The position numbers and the translations under genes are program-made. This document shows positions 23,787 through 31,639 of a DNA stretch of 32,000 bases, piece by piece. This DNA is from Erysipelotrichaceae bacterium (GTDB lineage Bacteria > Bacillota_I > Bacilli_A > Erysipelotrichales > Erysipelotrichaceae), in NCBI GenBank assembly GCA_963676105.1, contig OY781039.1, forward strand, positions 780,001 to 812,000, read 5' to 3'. The notes beneath the pieces are model-generated. The model was not told the origin of the DNA. It was given only the letters and a program-made list of their open reading frames with translations, and made no database searches. The first letter of the stretch is position 1; each line of letters opens with the position of its first letter.

Positions 23787-24749
23787 TTAGAACCATTTTT
23801 TCTTTTTAAAATATAAAAGGAGTGATCCGGTAATACTCAACATTACCAACCATACAATTGGGTAGGCATAGGGTTGAGAATACTCAGGCATATACAAGAA
23901 ATTCATCCCATATAAACCGGTGATAAAGGTTAAAGGAATAAACACCGTTGAAATAACAGTTAAGACTTTCATAATTTCATTGGTTCGATTGGATAAAGAA
24001 GATAAATAAACTTCAACCATTGTATTTACAGTTTCTCGATACAGTTCTAATTCATCTAAGACTTGAATGAGATGATCTTGTACATCACGATGATAAAGCG
24101 CAATCACGTCCGTCATAAAGTCAATTTCTTTATGGGTAATCCGACTTAAAACATCACGCATAGGCGTAATCGATCGATAAATCATAAAGAGTTCTTTTTT
24201 ATAACTTTGAAGTGCCTGCATATGATCCTCATCACTATGTGAGAGGAGTGCTTGTTCAGTCTCATCAATATGGGTAGACCATTCATCAAAGACAATATTA
24301 TAATCATCCACTACGGCATCTAAGATGGCGTGTAGTAGGGTATCCATTTGTTTAAATGGTTTATCTTGAAGTCTAAGTTTTAAGTCATCTAAACCTTTAT
24401 ATGGTTTCTCAAATACCGTTAATAAAACATTTTGTGAAACAATTAAGTTTAATTGTGAGACTTCTATATGATAATCACTGGTACTTAAGAGTTTTAAAAC
24501 AATCGATGAAAAGTAATCAAAGATTTGCATCTTAGCTCGTGGATTTAGTTCTTGTAGATCTTCTTTTAATAGTGGATGGACCTGTTTAAAAAGGTCTAGC
24601 TGTAAAACTTGATTGACCTGATCAAAGCCATTGACCTCAATCCACACTAAATCATTTTCTAACACATTTTCTTCATTGAAGTTTTCAAAATCAGTGACAA
24701 TTAAATCTGATCCTCTTAACTGATAGATACGTACATGGTGATGATTCAT
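23787..24749 (-). CDS. corA: CorA-family divalent metal ion transporter
   Basis: 320 aa with a large soluble N-domain and two C-terminal TM spans carrying YGMNF (the GMN motif). Ion specificity (Mg/Co versus Zn) is not determinable here. Confidence 0.85.
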   Translation of the reverse strand: MNHHHVRIYQLRGSDLIVTDFENFNEENVLENDLVWIEVNGFDQVNQVLQLDLFKQVHPLLKEDLQELNPRAKMQIFDYFSSIVLKLLSTSDYHIEVSQLNLIVSQNVLLTVFEKPYKGLDDLKLRLQDKPFKQMDTLLHAILDAVVDDYNIVFDEWSTHIDETEQALLSHSDEDHMQALQSYKKELFMIYRSITPMRDVLSRITHKEIDFMTDVIALYHRDVQDHLIQVLDELELYRETVNTMVEVYLSSLSNRTNEIMKVLTVISTVFIPLTFITGLYGMNFLYMPEYSQPYAYPIVWLVMLSITGSLLLYFKKKKWF

Positions 24750-24781
24750 AAGCTTAACCTCTTATTCATTATAGACCTTTA

Positions 24782-24807
24782 GAAGAAAAAACACCTTTTT
24801 AAAGGTG
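24782..24807 (-). terminator. Intrinsic terminator after the ArsR/permease/thioredoxin operon
   Basis: The minus strand reads CACCTTT-AA-AAAGGTG followed by TTTTTTCTTCT, starting 5 nt after the stop at 24813. Confidence 0.75.
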
Positions 24808-24812
24808 CTTCA

Positions 24813-25070
24813 CTAATAATTTTTTAAACTAGGACCCGTTGGTGAGAATAAACGCTCAATGGCCTTAGTATCTAAGACTTTACCCATCGAGACTACATTT
24901 TCATCGACCACTAAAGCAGGTGTACTCATAACACCATAAGATAGAATCGTATCAATGTCAGTCACTTTCTCAAAAGTGGCAGTCATTCCTAAATTTTCTA
25001 AAGCTTGTTTTGTGTTGGCTTCCAATTTATTGCAATTGGGACAACCTTTACCTAAAATTTTTATATTCAT
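24813..25070 (-). CDS. Thioredoxin-fold 'redox-active disulfide protein 2'-type small protein
   Basis: 85 aa. MNIKILGKGCPNCNKLEANTKQAL has an N-terminal CPxC right after beta-1, and the size is typical of the Thioredoxin_3 family. Confidence 0.8.
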   Translation of the reverse strand: MNIKILGKGCPNCNKLEANTKQALENLGMTATFEKVTDIDTILSYGVMSTPALVVDENVVSMGKVLDTKAIERLFSPTGPSLKNY

Positions 25071-25082
25071 CTTCTTTACCTC

Positions 25083-26099
25083 CTATAGTAAGAACATTTG
25101 AATGTTGTTGAAGACAAAACCAATAATCATAATCCCAATCGTACAATAGACTGCAAATAGGACTAAGAGCGGCATTTTAACCACTTTTTTAAGCAGTATC
25201 ATTGAAGGCAGTGATAATGTTGTGACGGCCATCATTAAGGCTAAAACAGTTCCTAGACCTACCCCAACTTCAAGTAAAGCTTGCGCGATTGGTAATGTGC
25301 CAAAGATATCCGCATAGATTGGAACGCCTAATAAAGTCGCAAGAACAACTGAATACCAATGATTTGGACCAAGTACACTCATGATCCAATCAAGTGGGAT
25401 TACATTATGAATCGCTGCCCCAATACCTACGCCAATTAAGATATAGATAAACACTTTTTGAACAATATCTTTAACTTGAGCCCAAGCAAAGTCATGACGA
25501 TCCCGTTTAGTCATTTCAATTTCTAAGTTAGGCATAGCCCGTCTATTTTTTGCGAAATCTTCAACATATCGATCCATTTTAAAGACTGACATGACATAAC
25601 CACCACTTATCGCTAAGATTAAACCAACCACGACATAGGCAAAGGCAATTCTAAAATTAAAGATAGACGCTAATAATATAATTGATGCCATATCAACTAA
25701 AGGTGAAGAAATCAAAAAACTAAAGGTTACACCAACAGGTAAACCTGAAGCCGTAAATCCAATAAAGAGTGGTATAGATGAACATGAACAAAATGGGGTA
25801 ATGGTTCCAAGTAAAGCCGCAATCGCATGAGCACTAAATCCATTATATTTTCCTAATATTTTTCGTGTTCTTTCAGGTGGAAAATAAGATTGAACCCAAG
25901 AGATAGAATAAATAAGTGTGACAAGTAAAATTAAAATCTTAATCACATCATAGGTAAAGTAAACCGCAATGTGAGTTAGATTACTGTCTGGTAAATGTAA
26001 AAGGTTGATAAAAAGATACTCAATCGTTTCTGACAACCAGTTCATTTTTAAGAAAATGTCATTAAAGGCACTAAAGCCATCTACTATATATCGATACAT
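25083..26099 (-). CDS. ArsP/DUF318-type predicted permease with a vicinal-Cys motif
   Basis: 338 aa, polytopic, with an internal two-fold repeat. TPFCSCSSIPLF matches the vicinal cysteine pair described for ArsP-type organoarsenical permeases. Substrate is not established. Confidence 0.75.
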   Translation of the reverse strand: MYRYIVDGFSAFNDIFLKMNWLSETIEYLFINLLHLPDSNLTHIAVYFTYDVIKILILLVTLIYSISWVQSYFPPERTRKILGKYNGFSAHAIAALLGTITPFCSCSSIPLFIGFTASGLPVGVTFSFLISSPLVDMASIILLASIFNFRIAFAYVVVGLILAISGGYVMSVFKMDRYVEDFAKNRRAMPNLEIEMTKRDRHDFAWAQVKDIVQKVFIYILIGVGIGAAIHNVIPLDWIMSVLGPNHWYSVVLATLLGVPIYADIFGTLPIAQALLEVGVGLGTVLALMMAVTTLSLPSMILLKKVVKMPLLVLFAVYCTIGIMIIGFVFNNIQMFLL

Positions 26100-26108
26100 A
26101 TCGATATA

Positions 26109-26840
26109 TTAACACAAACATTTCATTTTTTGTTGATATTTACTTAAATTCTTTTGACAAGATTCAAAAGCTTCTTGGTTAATACTAACATTTGATCTGA
26201 CACCTTCTTTTTCAATCGTGATCAAACCAGCTTTATGAAGAACAGATAAGTGATGCGACAAGGTTGATTGAGAAATCGGTAAATCAGCTGTAAATTCACA
26301 GGCGCATCGTGTTTGATCAATTAAGCTATCAAGAATTTTCAAACGCATGGGATCAGCTAAAGCTTTAAGTTGATTCACAAATTCACCCTCATCATCATTT
26401 AATGACAAAGCAAATTTAAAAATATCTAAGGCATAAGGCTGTAGACGTATGCCTGACCAATGACTCTCTTCTAAGTCAGCAGTTTCTTTTAAATTATCAA
26501 AATCAACATGATGAAAACTAAATTGAAAACCATAGATTTCTGCGGTTAAAACATTTTTCTCTTGACCCAATTTAACTAAACTTCGATCAACATTCTTTAA
26601 GGCATCAACAAGTTCTTGTTTAAAGAAATAATTATCTTCAAAGTGTTTATCATGACTTTGTTTAACAAAGGTATTTAAATAATTGGCAGCCGCTAAAAGA
26701 ATAAAGATGGCATCTTCGTTTTCAACATTTTTCTGTTTCAAAATGCACTCAGCTTCTTGCGCTAATTTCAGCGGTAATCGACCACTTTCTTTTTTCCGCT
26801 GTGAATTTACACGTTTTTGTAGTTGTTGAAGTTCGCTCAT
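26109..26840 (-). CDS. ArsR/SmtB-family regulator with a ~150-aa N-terminal domain of unknown function
   Basis: The C-terminal ~95 aa, LKALADPMRLKILDSLIDQTRCACEFTADLPISQSTLSHHLSVLHKAGLI, is canonical ArsR with a CxC at the alpha-3 position and a C-terminal CLC. Residues 1-150 match nothing I recognise. No internal start precedes the HTH domain. Confidence 0.8.
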   Translation of the reverse strand: MSELQQLQKRVNSQRKKESGRLPLKLAQEAECILKQKNVENEDAIFILLAAANYLNTFVKQSHDKHFEDNYFFKQELVDALKNVDRSLVKLGQEKNVLTAEIYGFQFSFHHVDFDNLKETADLEESHWSGIRLQPYALDIFKFALSLNDDEGEFVNQLKALADPMRLKILDSLIDQTRCACEFTADLPISQSTLSHHLSVLHKAGLITIEKEGVRSNVSINQEAFESCQKNLSKYQQKMKCLC

Positions 26841-26865
26841 CTGTCTTAACCTTTCAAATTGATAT

Positions 26866-26874
26866 TGTTATAAT
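26866..26874 (+). promoter_or_regulatory. Extended consensus -10 (TGtTATAAT) ending 6 nt before the SD-less ATG at 26881
   Basis: TTAACC-17 nt-TATAAT-attact-ATG, with TG at 26866-26867. Confidence 0.5.
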
Positions 26875-26880
26875 ATTACT

Positions 26881-27777
26881 ATGGATACAAGTTTAATTGC
26901 TCTGTCACTTTATTTACTCATAAGTTTCATACTTTTTCAAATGACCTTTAATCGTAATGTTTCTAAAAGTTTTCTAAAGAAGACAGATGATTTGTCACAA
27001 GCTGACTGGTCATTTTTTAAGCCTGATCAAGCTTGGCTCATGAGTCAAAATCCTGAGATGCTTGAAATAAAAGTGAAAGGTCAAAAAAGAAGTGCTTATT
27101 TTTTAAACACTTATGGGCAAGATGCTGAAACCGCAATAATCATTCATGGCTATACTTCTTCAGCCATCAATATGTCACTCTTTGCGAGAGTCTATGGTGA
27201 TGAATTTAAGATGAATGCCCTACTTATTGATCTAAGTGCTCATGGTTTATCATCAGGTTCACTCATTCGCTTTGGTTTAGGTGATTATCAAGACATAAAT
27301 CTGTGGATTAAACAACTTAATGACTTAGGTTATACAAAAGCTAAAGTAATTCATGGAATTTCCATGGGAGGCTCAACGGCTTTATTTGCGCTTGCACATA
27401 ACTTGCATAAGGATGTACGAGCTGTCGTAACAGATTCAGCGTATACCAATTTAGATCCTATCCTTAAAAAACAAGCTATGAAAATCTATAAGGGTCCTGC
27501 CCTCCTCTTTATGCTTGGTTTATCTATTTGGATGAAGATACTATTAGGTTTCACCATTGATCAAATTAATGTGTATAAAAAACTTAAAGACATTGATCGT
27601 CCACTCCTTCTTATACATGGCACAAGTGATCATTTTGTTCCTTATACTCAATCTGTTCATTTTAATGAGAAGTTTTCAAACACTCAGATTAAACTGTTTA
27701 AAAATAGTCAACACGCTTGTAGTGTTGGCGATTATCGTGAAGAATACATTGAAACACTAAAACAATTTATCAATTAA
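26881..27777 (+). CDS. Membrane-anchored alpha/beta-fold hydrolase
   Basis: N-terminal TM helix, HGYTSS oxyanion region, nucleophile elbow GISMGG, and late D and H residues (HGTSDHFV, SQHA). Confidence 0.8.
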   Translation: MDTSLIALSLYLLISFILFQMTFNRNVSKSFLKKTDDLSQADWSFFKPDQAWLMSQNPEMLEIKVKGQKRSAYFLNTYGQDAETAIIIHGYTSSAINMSLFARVYGDEFKMNALLIDLSAHGLSSGSLIRFGLGDYQDINLWIKQLNDLGYTKAKVIHGISMGGSTALFALAHNLHKDVRAVVTDSAYTNLDPILKKQAMKIYKGPALLFMLGLSIWMKILLGFTIDQINVYKKLKDIDRPLLLIHGTSDHFVPYTQSVHFNEKFSNTQIKLFKNSQHACSVGDYREEYIETLKQFIN

Positions 27778-28517
27778 TACATTTCACTTTCCACCATCAT
27801 ATGACTTAATATTAACGGCAGTATTTTAAACGTCTCAGCTACTGAGATGTTTTTTTCTTTTCCATTTTCAAGATGTCTAAAATCTAGATATTGTTTAAGT
27901 TGTTTAAAACCTTCTTGATCAAATTGACTTTGATGTTTTTGTATCGCTTGAAATTTTAAATCAACTGTTGAACTTATATCAATCACCGTATTTGGACAAG
28001 CAGATGCATAAAAAGCGATTGCACTTACTCTATGTGAATGATTATTTTGATCAGGAAAAGGAAAATGTTTATTACCTGAAAATAAACAAGCATCTAAAAC
28101 AGCTTGTCCTACTTTACGATGTGTCGGATGTGCTTCATATTTTAAATAAGGGTCAACAGTAACAACACATTCTGCACTAACTTCTCTAATAACATTTACA
28201 ATTTTAGAAACCAATTCTTTTTCATCAGGATAATGTGATTCAATCAAATCTAATTGGATATAGTTTTTGACACCTAAAACCGTTCCAGCTGCTTTAAGTT
28301 CTTTTTGTCTGATTTGAACTAAGTCCTTAGATGAAAGTGTTTCTGATCCACCCTGTCCTTTTGAGACCGTTAAGTAAGTAAGTTCAACACCCTTTTGAGT
28401 CAATAAAGCAATCGTTCCGCCTGCCCCAATTTCATTATCATCTGGATGAGGTTGGACAAAGAGGATTTTCTTAAATGAAAACAAATCAGGGACCGCAATT
28501 AAATCTTTGATATCCAC
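27774..28517 (-). CDS. PIG-L/LmbE-family N-acetylglucosaminyl deacetylase
   Basis: VQPHPDDNEIGAGGTIA motif plus a downstream HPTH(R) metal-ligand region. Confidence 0.85.
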   Translation of the reverse strand: MDIKDLIAVPDLFSFKKILFVQPHPDDNEIGAGGTIALLTQKGVELTYLTVSKGQGGSETLSSKDLVQIRQKELKAAGTVLGVKNYIQLDLIESHYPDEKELVSKIVNVIREVSAECVVTVDPYLKYEAHPTHRKVGQAVLDACLFSGNKHFPFPDQNNHSHRVSAIAFYASACPNTVIDISSTVDLKFQAIQKHQSQFDQEGFKQLKQYLDFRHLENGKEKNISVAETFKILPLILSHMMVESEMY

Positions 28518-28978
28518 TATTTACTTCCTCTCTCTCTGTCATAATAGGCAATAAATTCATCTAGACTCATGGCTTTTGTTATATTTTTTACAAGTTCAAG
28601 ATCTATCTTTTTTTCATTTCTAAAACGAATACAAGATACACCATGATCAAGTTTGCCGTAGGTCTTTTCATAACGTGTCTTCTCTTTTTCAAAGAGTTCT
28701 TTTAATCCATATGATGCAAGTGAATAAAAGGCATAATGATTTTTCTGTTTAGCTAGCGCAATATACGAAACAGGTACTGCGGGATCATTTAAATAGCCTT
28801 GTGGATATTTATCTAAGGGTACAAAATAGCTAATCATGCCATACTGCATGCCTTCGACAAAACCTTCAGGTAAAACGTCTTTAATTGACTTACGAAGTTT
28901 AGTTAATACCGCTTGTTCAGCTTCACTAAACTCACTTATATATTCATCCGCTGTTTGCGCACTACTATGCATTGTCAT
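28517..28978 (-). CDS. DUF1801 (YdhG-like) domain protein
   Basis: 153 aa. ADEYISEFSEAEQAVLTKLRKSIKDVLPEGFVEGMQYGMISY resembles the DUF1801 pattern. Confidence 0.65.
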   Translation of the reverse strand: MTMHSSAQTADEYISEFSEAEQAVLTKLRKSIKDVLPEGFVEGMQYGMISYFVPLDKYPQGYLNDPAVPVSYIALAKQKNHYAFYSLASYGLKELFEKEKTRYEKTYGKLDHGVSCIRFRNEKKIDLELVKNITKAMSLDEFIAYYDRERGSK

Positions 28979-29309
28979 CCACCTGTTTAATTCTAAAGAC
29001 TGTCATCTTTTTTATTAAATCCATTGGTAGTTCTTCCTCAAGCGGAAATTGTATGGATCCACGACCATAGGTATATTGAGAAATCTCATCTTCAAAATAC
29101 TCAATTACATCTCCTCCAGGATAAAAGCCTATGTGACGAGGATAGGCAGACATATGCACTAAGTTTTTCTTCTTATAAACAAAGGTTGGTATGCCATAAG
29201 CAATTTTTTCATCACATTCACATAAATTGTGGATTTGTGCGCGTAATGCTTCTAATTTTTTCTGTGTAGCTTCAGGATACTCCTGAATAAAGCTATCTAT
29301 TTCGTTCAT
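28965..29309 (-). CDS. DUF1801 (YdhG-like) domain protein
   Basis: 114 aa. IDSFIQEYPEATQKKLEALRAQIHNL...GIPTFVYKKKNLVHMSAYPRHIGFYPG is typical of YdhG-like proteins. No SD is present, and the start lies 6 nt after the T-run of the udp terminator. Confidence 0.7.
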   Translation of the reverse strand: MNEIDSFIQEYPEATQKKLEALRAQIHNLCECDEKIAYGIPTFVYKKKNLVHMSAYPRHIGFYPGGDVIEYFEDEISQYTYGRGSIQFPLEEELPMDLIKKMTVFRIKQVDDNA

Positions 29310-29315
29310 GTTTAT

Positions 29316-29338
29316 TCAAAAAAGCCCTATTGGGCTTT
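29316..29338 (-). terminator. Intrinsic terminator after udp (the stop codon lies partly in the hairpin stem and partly in the loop)
   Basis: The minus strand reads AAAGCCC-AATA-GGGCTTT followed by TTTGAATAAAC, giving six consecutive T including the stem. Confidence 0.75.
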
Positions 29339-30100
29339 ATCCTTTTCTATGAGTTTACGAATGGCTTCAACCGCAACCTTAATCGCGATTTCAGTATCGT
29401 GCACTTGAATATCTTCTAAGCCCATTTCACGTCGTGTTTGATTTGCGACAACCAGTAAAACAGATCCCACTCTTAATCGTCTTGTAGACCCCACAATAAA
29501 TAAAGTTGCTGATTCCATTTCAGAGGTTAATGCACCAGCTCTTTTCCAAGCATCCCACTTATTAATCAGTTCATAACCAACCGGCATAGAACTAGGATCA
29601 TGTTGACCATAGAAATTATCTTTACATTGGACAACACCTAAGTGATGTCTTGCGTTTAAATCAATGGAAGCTTCTTTTAAAGCCATTACCACATCAAAAT
29701 CAGCCACAGCTGGGTATTCAATTGGGACATATTCTTTAGAGGTTCCATCTAATCGAATGGCACCTGTCGCAATAACGACATCACCACCTAAAACTTCTTC
29801 TTGCATACCACCTGAAGTCCCCACACGTATAAAAGTTTTTGCGCCTATATGGGCTAATTCTTCCATCGCAATTGAAGCAGAAGGTCCACCGATACCAGTT
29901 GATGTTACTGATACTTTTACACCATTTAATGTTCCAGTATAGGTTGTATATTCACGGTTTGACGCGACTAGTTTTGCATCATCAAAATGTTTCGCAATCT
30001 TCTCACAGCGACCAGGATCTCCCGGTAATATAACGTATTCCCCGACATCCCCTTTTTTTAGTTGTACATGATATTCAATATCAGAATAAACAGTTGACAT
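29327..30100 (-). CDS. udp: Uridine phosphorylase (PNP_UDP_1 family)
   Basis: Close pattern match to E. coli Udp along its length: [48 protein letters not shown] and SEMESATL. Confidence 0.9.
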   Translation of the reverse strand: MSTVYSDIEYHVQLKKGDVGEYVILPGDPGRCEKIAKHFDDAKLVASNREYTTYTGTLNGVKVSVTSTGIGGPSASIAMEELAHIGAKTFIRVGTSGGMQEEVLGGDVVIATGAIRLDGTSKEYVPIEYPAVADFDVVMALKEASIDLNARHHLGVVQCKDNFYGQHDPSSMPVGYELINKWDAWKRAGALTSEMESATLFIVGSTRRLRVGSVLLVVANQTRREMGLEDIQVHDTEIAIKVAVEAIRKLIEKDKAQ

Positions 30101-30135
30101 AATTAACTCCTTGTAAGCGTTTTACTTGTAGTTTA

Positions 30136-30144
30136 ATTGTATCA
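30136..30144 (-). promoter_or_regulatory. Extended -10 (TGaTACAAT) of the udp promoter
   Basis: The minus strand reads atTGaTACAAT, followed by a ~35-nt leader with SD AAGGAG. Confidence 0.5.
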
Positions 30145-30156
30145 TATCAAGCACTT

Positions 30157-30175
30157 TAGCTTAATTTTTAAGCTA
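30157..30175. promoter_or_regulatory. Perfect 19-bp palindrome TAGCTTAA-TTT-TTAAGCTA overlapping the -35 position of the udp promoter
   Basis: 8-bp arms with a 3-nt centre. It starts 2 nt after the stop of the 30178 gene. No T-run follows on either strand, so it is a poor terminator and may be an operator. Confidence 0.4.
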
Positions 30176-30177
30176 GA

Positions 30178-30747
30178 TTATTGCTTAGCCTGCATTTTCT
30201 TTTGCATCATTTTCTTTGTTGCTTCTAAATCAGATTTTAGCCATGCTTTTTCTTTATCTTTATTTAAAATTACTTGCATTATCATGCCCATTACAATTAA
30301 AGCTAAAAGTGTTAAAACAAAACGATATACTGCAAACTCTAAGCCTAAGAAACTTACTTCCATCATCATTTGTGGGATTTTAAGCGCAGCCCATGCTCCC
30401 ATAAATAAAATCATGTTTTTAATACTTGCTCCCTTGCGTAAGAGTTGTGCCACTAATGGAAAGGCTGCATATAAAGGACCAGTAGGTAGAGTTCCCATAA
30501 TAAACGCAATAATAGATCCCATGATACCAGATTGATGACCTAGATATTTTTGAATTTGATCCTTTGGTACCCAAACATCAATTAAACCCATTAGTAAGAA
30601 CACAGGTGGCATTACAATAATCATTTCTTTGATAAAATTAGCTGTTACAGTTGTTGATCTAACGGCTGCAGATTGATCGATAAAAAATAATGCAATAAAA
30701 ACAAAAAGTATAACGATAACCCATTTATATTGTTTAATCTGTTTCAT
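30178..30747 (-). CDS. Half-size permease of the ArsP/DUF318 repeat type (Cys-less), second subunit
   Basis: 189 aa. GSIIAFIMGTLPTGPLYAAFPLVAQLLRKGASIKNMILFMGAWAALKIPQMMMEVSFLG parallels each half of the 338-aa permease at 25083-26099. The protein contains no cysteine. Confidence 0.65.
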   Translation of the reverse strand: MKQIKQYKWVIVILFVFIALFFIDQSAAVRSTTVTANFIKEMIIVMPPVFLLMGLIDVWVPKDQIQKYLGHQSGIMGSIIAFIMGTLPTGPLYAAFPLVAQLLRKGASIKNMILFMGAWAALKIPQMMMEVSFLGLEFAVYRFVLTLLALIVMGMIMQVILNKDKEKAWLKSDLEATKKMMQKKMQAKQ

Positions 30748-31226
30748 TAGAGTAATACCCCCATAATCGCCGCAATTACTAGTGCAAAGATAAAACTTAA
30801 ACCATTTCTTAAAAAGGTAAATTTCTTACCTAAAATCTTAATTTCCATTGGCATGGTCACAAAGCCAACCATCACTAAAGTTGTCACAAAAGCAGACATG
30901 GTCGTTAGAGATGCTCCATTCTCCAAAAGAGATCCCGCTAAAGGAAATGCCACAATGGAAGGGATTAAAGTAACTGCGCCTAAAACAGCCGCAACAATTG
31001 TGCCAATAAAACCAGCTTCTTCACCAATAAAACTCGCAATAATTTCAGGTGTTAGTAAGCCTAAAGTTAAACCTACAATTCCAACAACCAGTAAAATACT
31101 TGGCAATGTTTTCAAAAAAGCTTTTTGTCCTATCTTAAAAGCTTTCATTGTTTTTTCTTTGCTTTTAACAAGTGATGTGACTAGCGCAATTAAACTTAAA
31201 CCATAGATTGTTATATAAGTTGTCAT
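30747..31226 (-). CDS. Half-size permease of the ArsP/DUF318 repeat type (Cys-less), first subunit
   Basis: 159 aa. GTIVAAVLGAVTLIPSIVAFPLAGSLLENGASLTTMSAFVTTLVMVGFVTMPMEIKILG shows the same repeat pattern. It has a 4-nt overlap with padR and a 1-nt overlap with the next gene. Confidence 0.65.
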   Translation of the reverse strand: MTTYITIYGLSLIALVTSLVKSKEKTMKAFKIGQKAFLKTLPSILLVVGIVGLTLGLLTPEIIASFIGEEAGFIGTIVAAVLGAVTLIPSIVAFPLAGSLLENGASLTTMSAFVTTLVMVGFVTMPMEIKILGKKFTFLRNGLSFIFALVIAAIMGVLL

Positions 31227-31576
31227 TTTAAATCTCCCTTTTCATATTGATGTATTAAATTCTCTAAACTTTGACGACGATGATGAATAAAAGTCATACG
31301 ATCATTTAAGTTAGTTTTTCCTAAGTCAGTCAAATGATAGATTCTTTTTTGAGGGCCTTGATCACTATCAATCCAATCAGATTCAATATAGCCTTCATTT
31401 TCAAGTTTTCTTAAACTTCGATACAAAGCTCCAATATTAAGTGATTCTGAATCAATTCCAAAGGGTTCTAAGTCCTCTAGAAGTTGATATCCATAATTAG
31501 ATTTCTCTTTTAACAAGACCATTAAACAGACTTGTAAGAAGTGTTCTCGATTTAATTTTGGTCGCGGATCTTTCAT
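31223..31576 (-). CDS. PadR-family transcriptional regulator
   Basis: 117 aa. NYGYQLLEDLEPFG...GALYRSLRKLENEGYIESDW...QKRIYHLTDLG is canonical PadR wHTH. Confidence 0.9.
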   Translation of the reverse strand: MKDPRPKLNREHFLQVCLMVLLKEKSNYGYQLLEDLEPFGIDSESLNIGALYRSLRKLENEGYIESDWIDSDQGPQKRIYHLTDLGKTNLNDRMTFIHHRRQSLENLIHQYEKGDLK

Positions 31577-31583
31577 TTCACCT

Positions 31584-31608
31584 CACTATATACATTTTGT
31601 ATATAGTG
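31584..31608. promoter_or_regulatory. Perfect 10-5-10 palindrome CACTATATAC-ATTTT-GTATATAGTG; probable PadR operator
   Basis: It lies between the -10 (TATAAC) and the ATG of padR, and its edge overlaps the SD GAGGTG. Confidence 0.65.
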
Positions 31609-31610
31609 TA

Positions 31611-31639
31611 GTTATAACTTATGTTTTCATTCAAGTCAA
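31611..31639 (-). promoter_or_regulatory. padR operon promoter TTGACT-17 nt-TATAAC
   Basis: On the minus strand the -35 is at 31639-31634 and the -10 at 31616-31611. Confidence 0.6.

Noticed and set aside
24750-24812. Mg-sensing leader (M-box-like) upstream of corA
   Set aside because: The gap is only 63 bp and is filled by the upstream operon's terminator, a TATAAT and an SD. There is no room for, or resemblance to, a structured riboswitch.
26841-26880. Possible ArsR operator in the 40-bp divergent gap
   Set aside because: ATATTGTTATAATATT looks symmetric at a glance but is not a true inverted repeat when reverse-complemented. I cannot support an operator call.
30137-31206. The + strand ORFs 30137-30535 and 30853-31206, antisense to the two half-permease genes
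   Set aside because: These are shadow frames of TM-rich genes with no translation signals. The same reasoning applies to the other antisense or nested track ORFs: 989-1204, 4549-4731, 7087-7275, 9585-9782, 11570-11791, 13671-13886, 15293-15586, 18379-18633, 18823-19173, 19280-19522, 20277-20471, 27557-27760, 27968-28162, 28836-29018, 29024-29269, 29664-29942 and 29839-30033.
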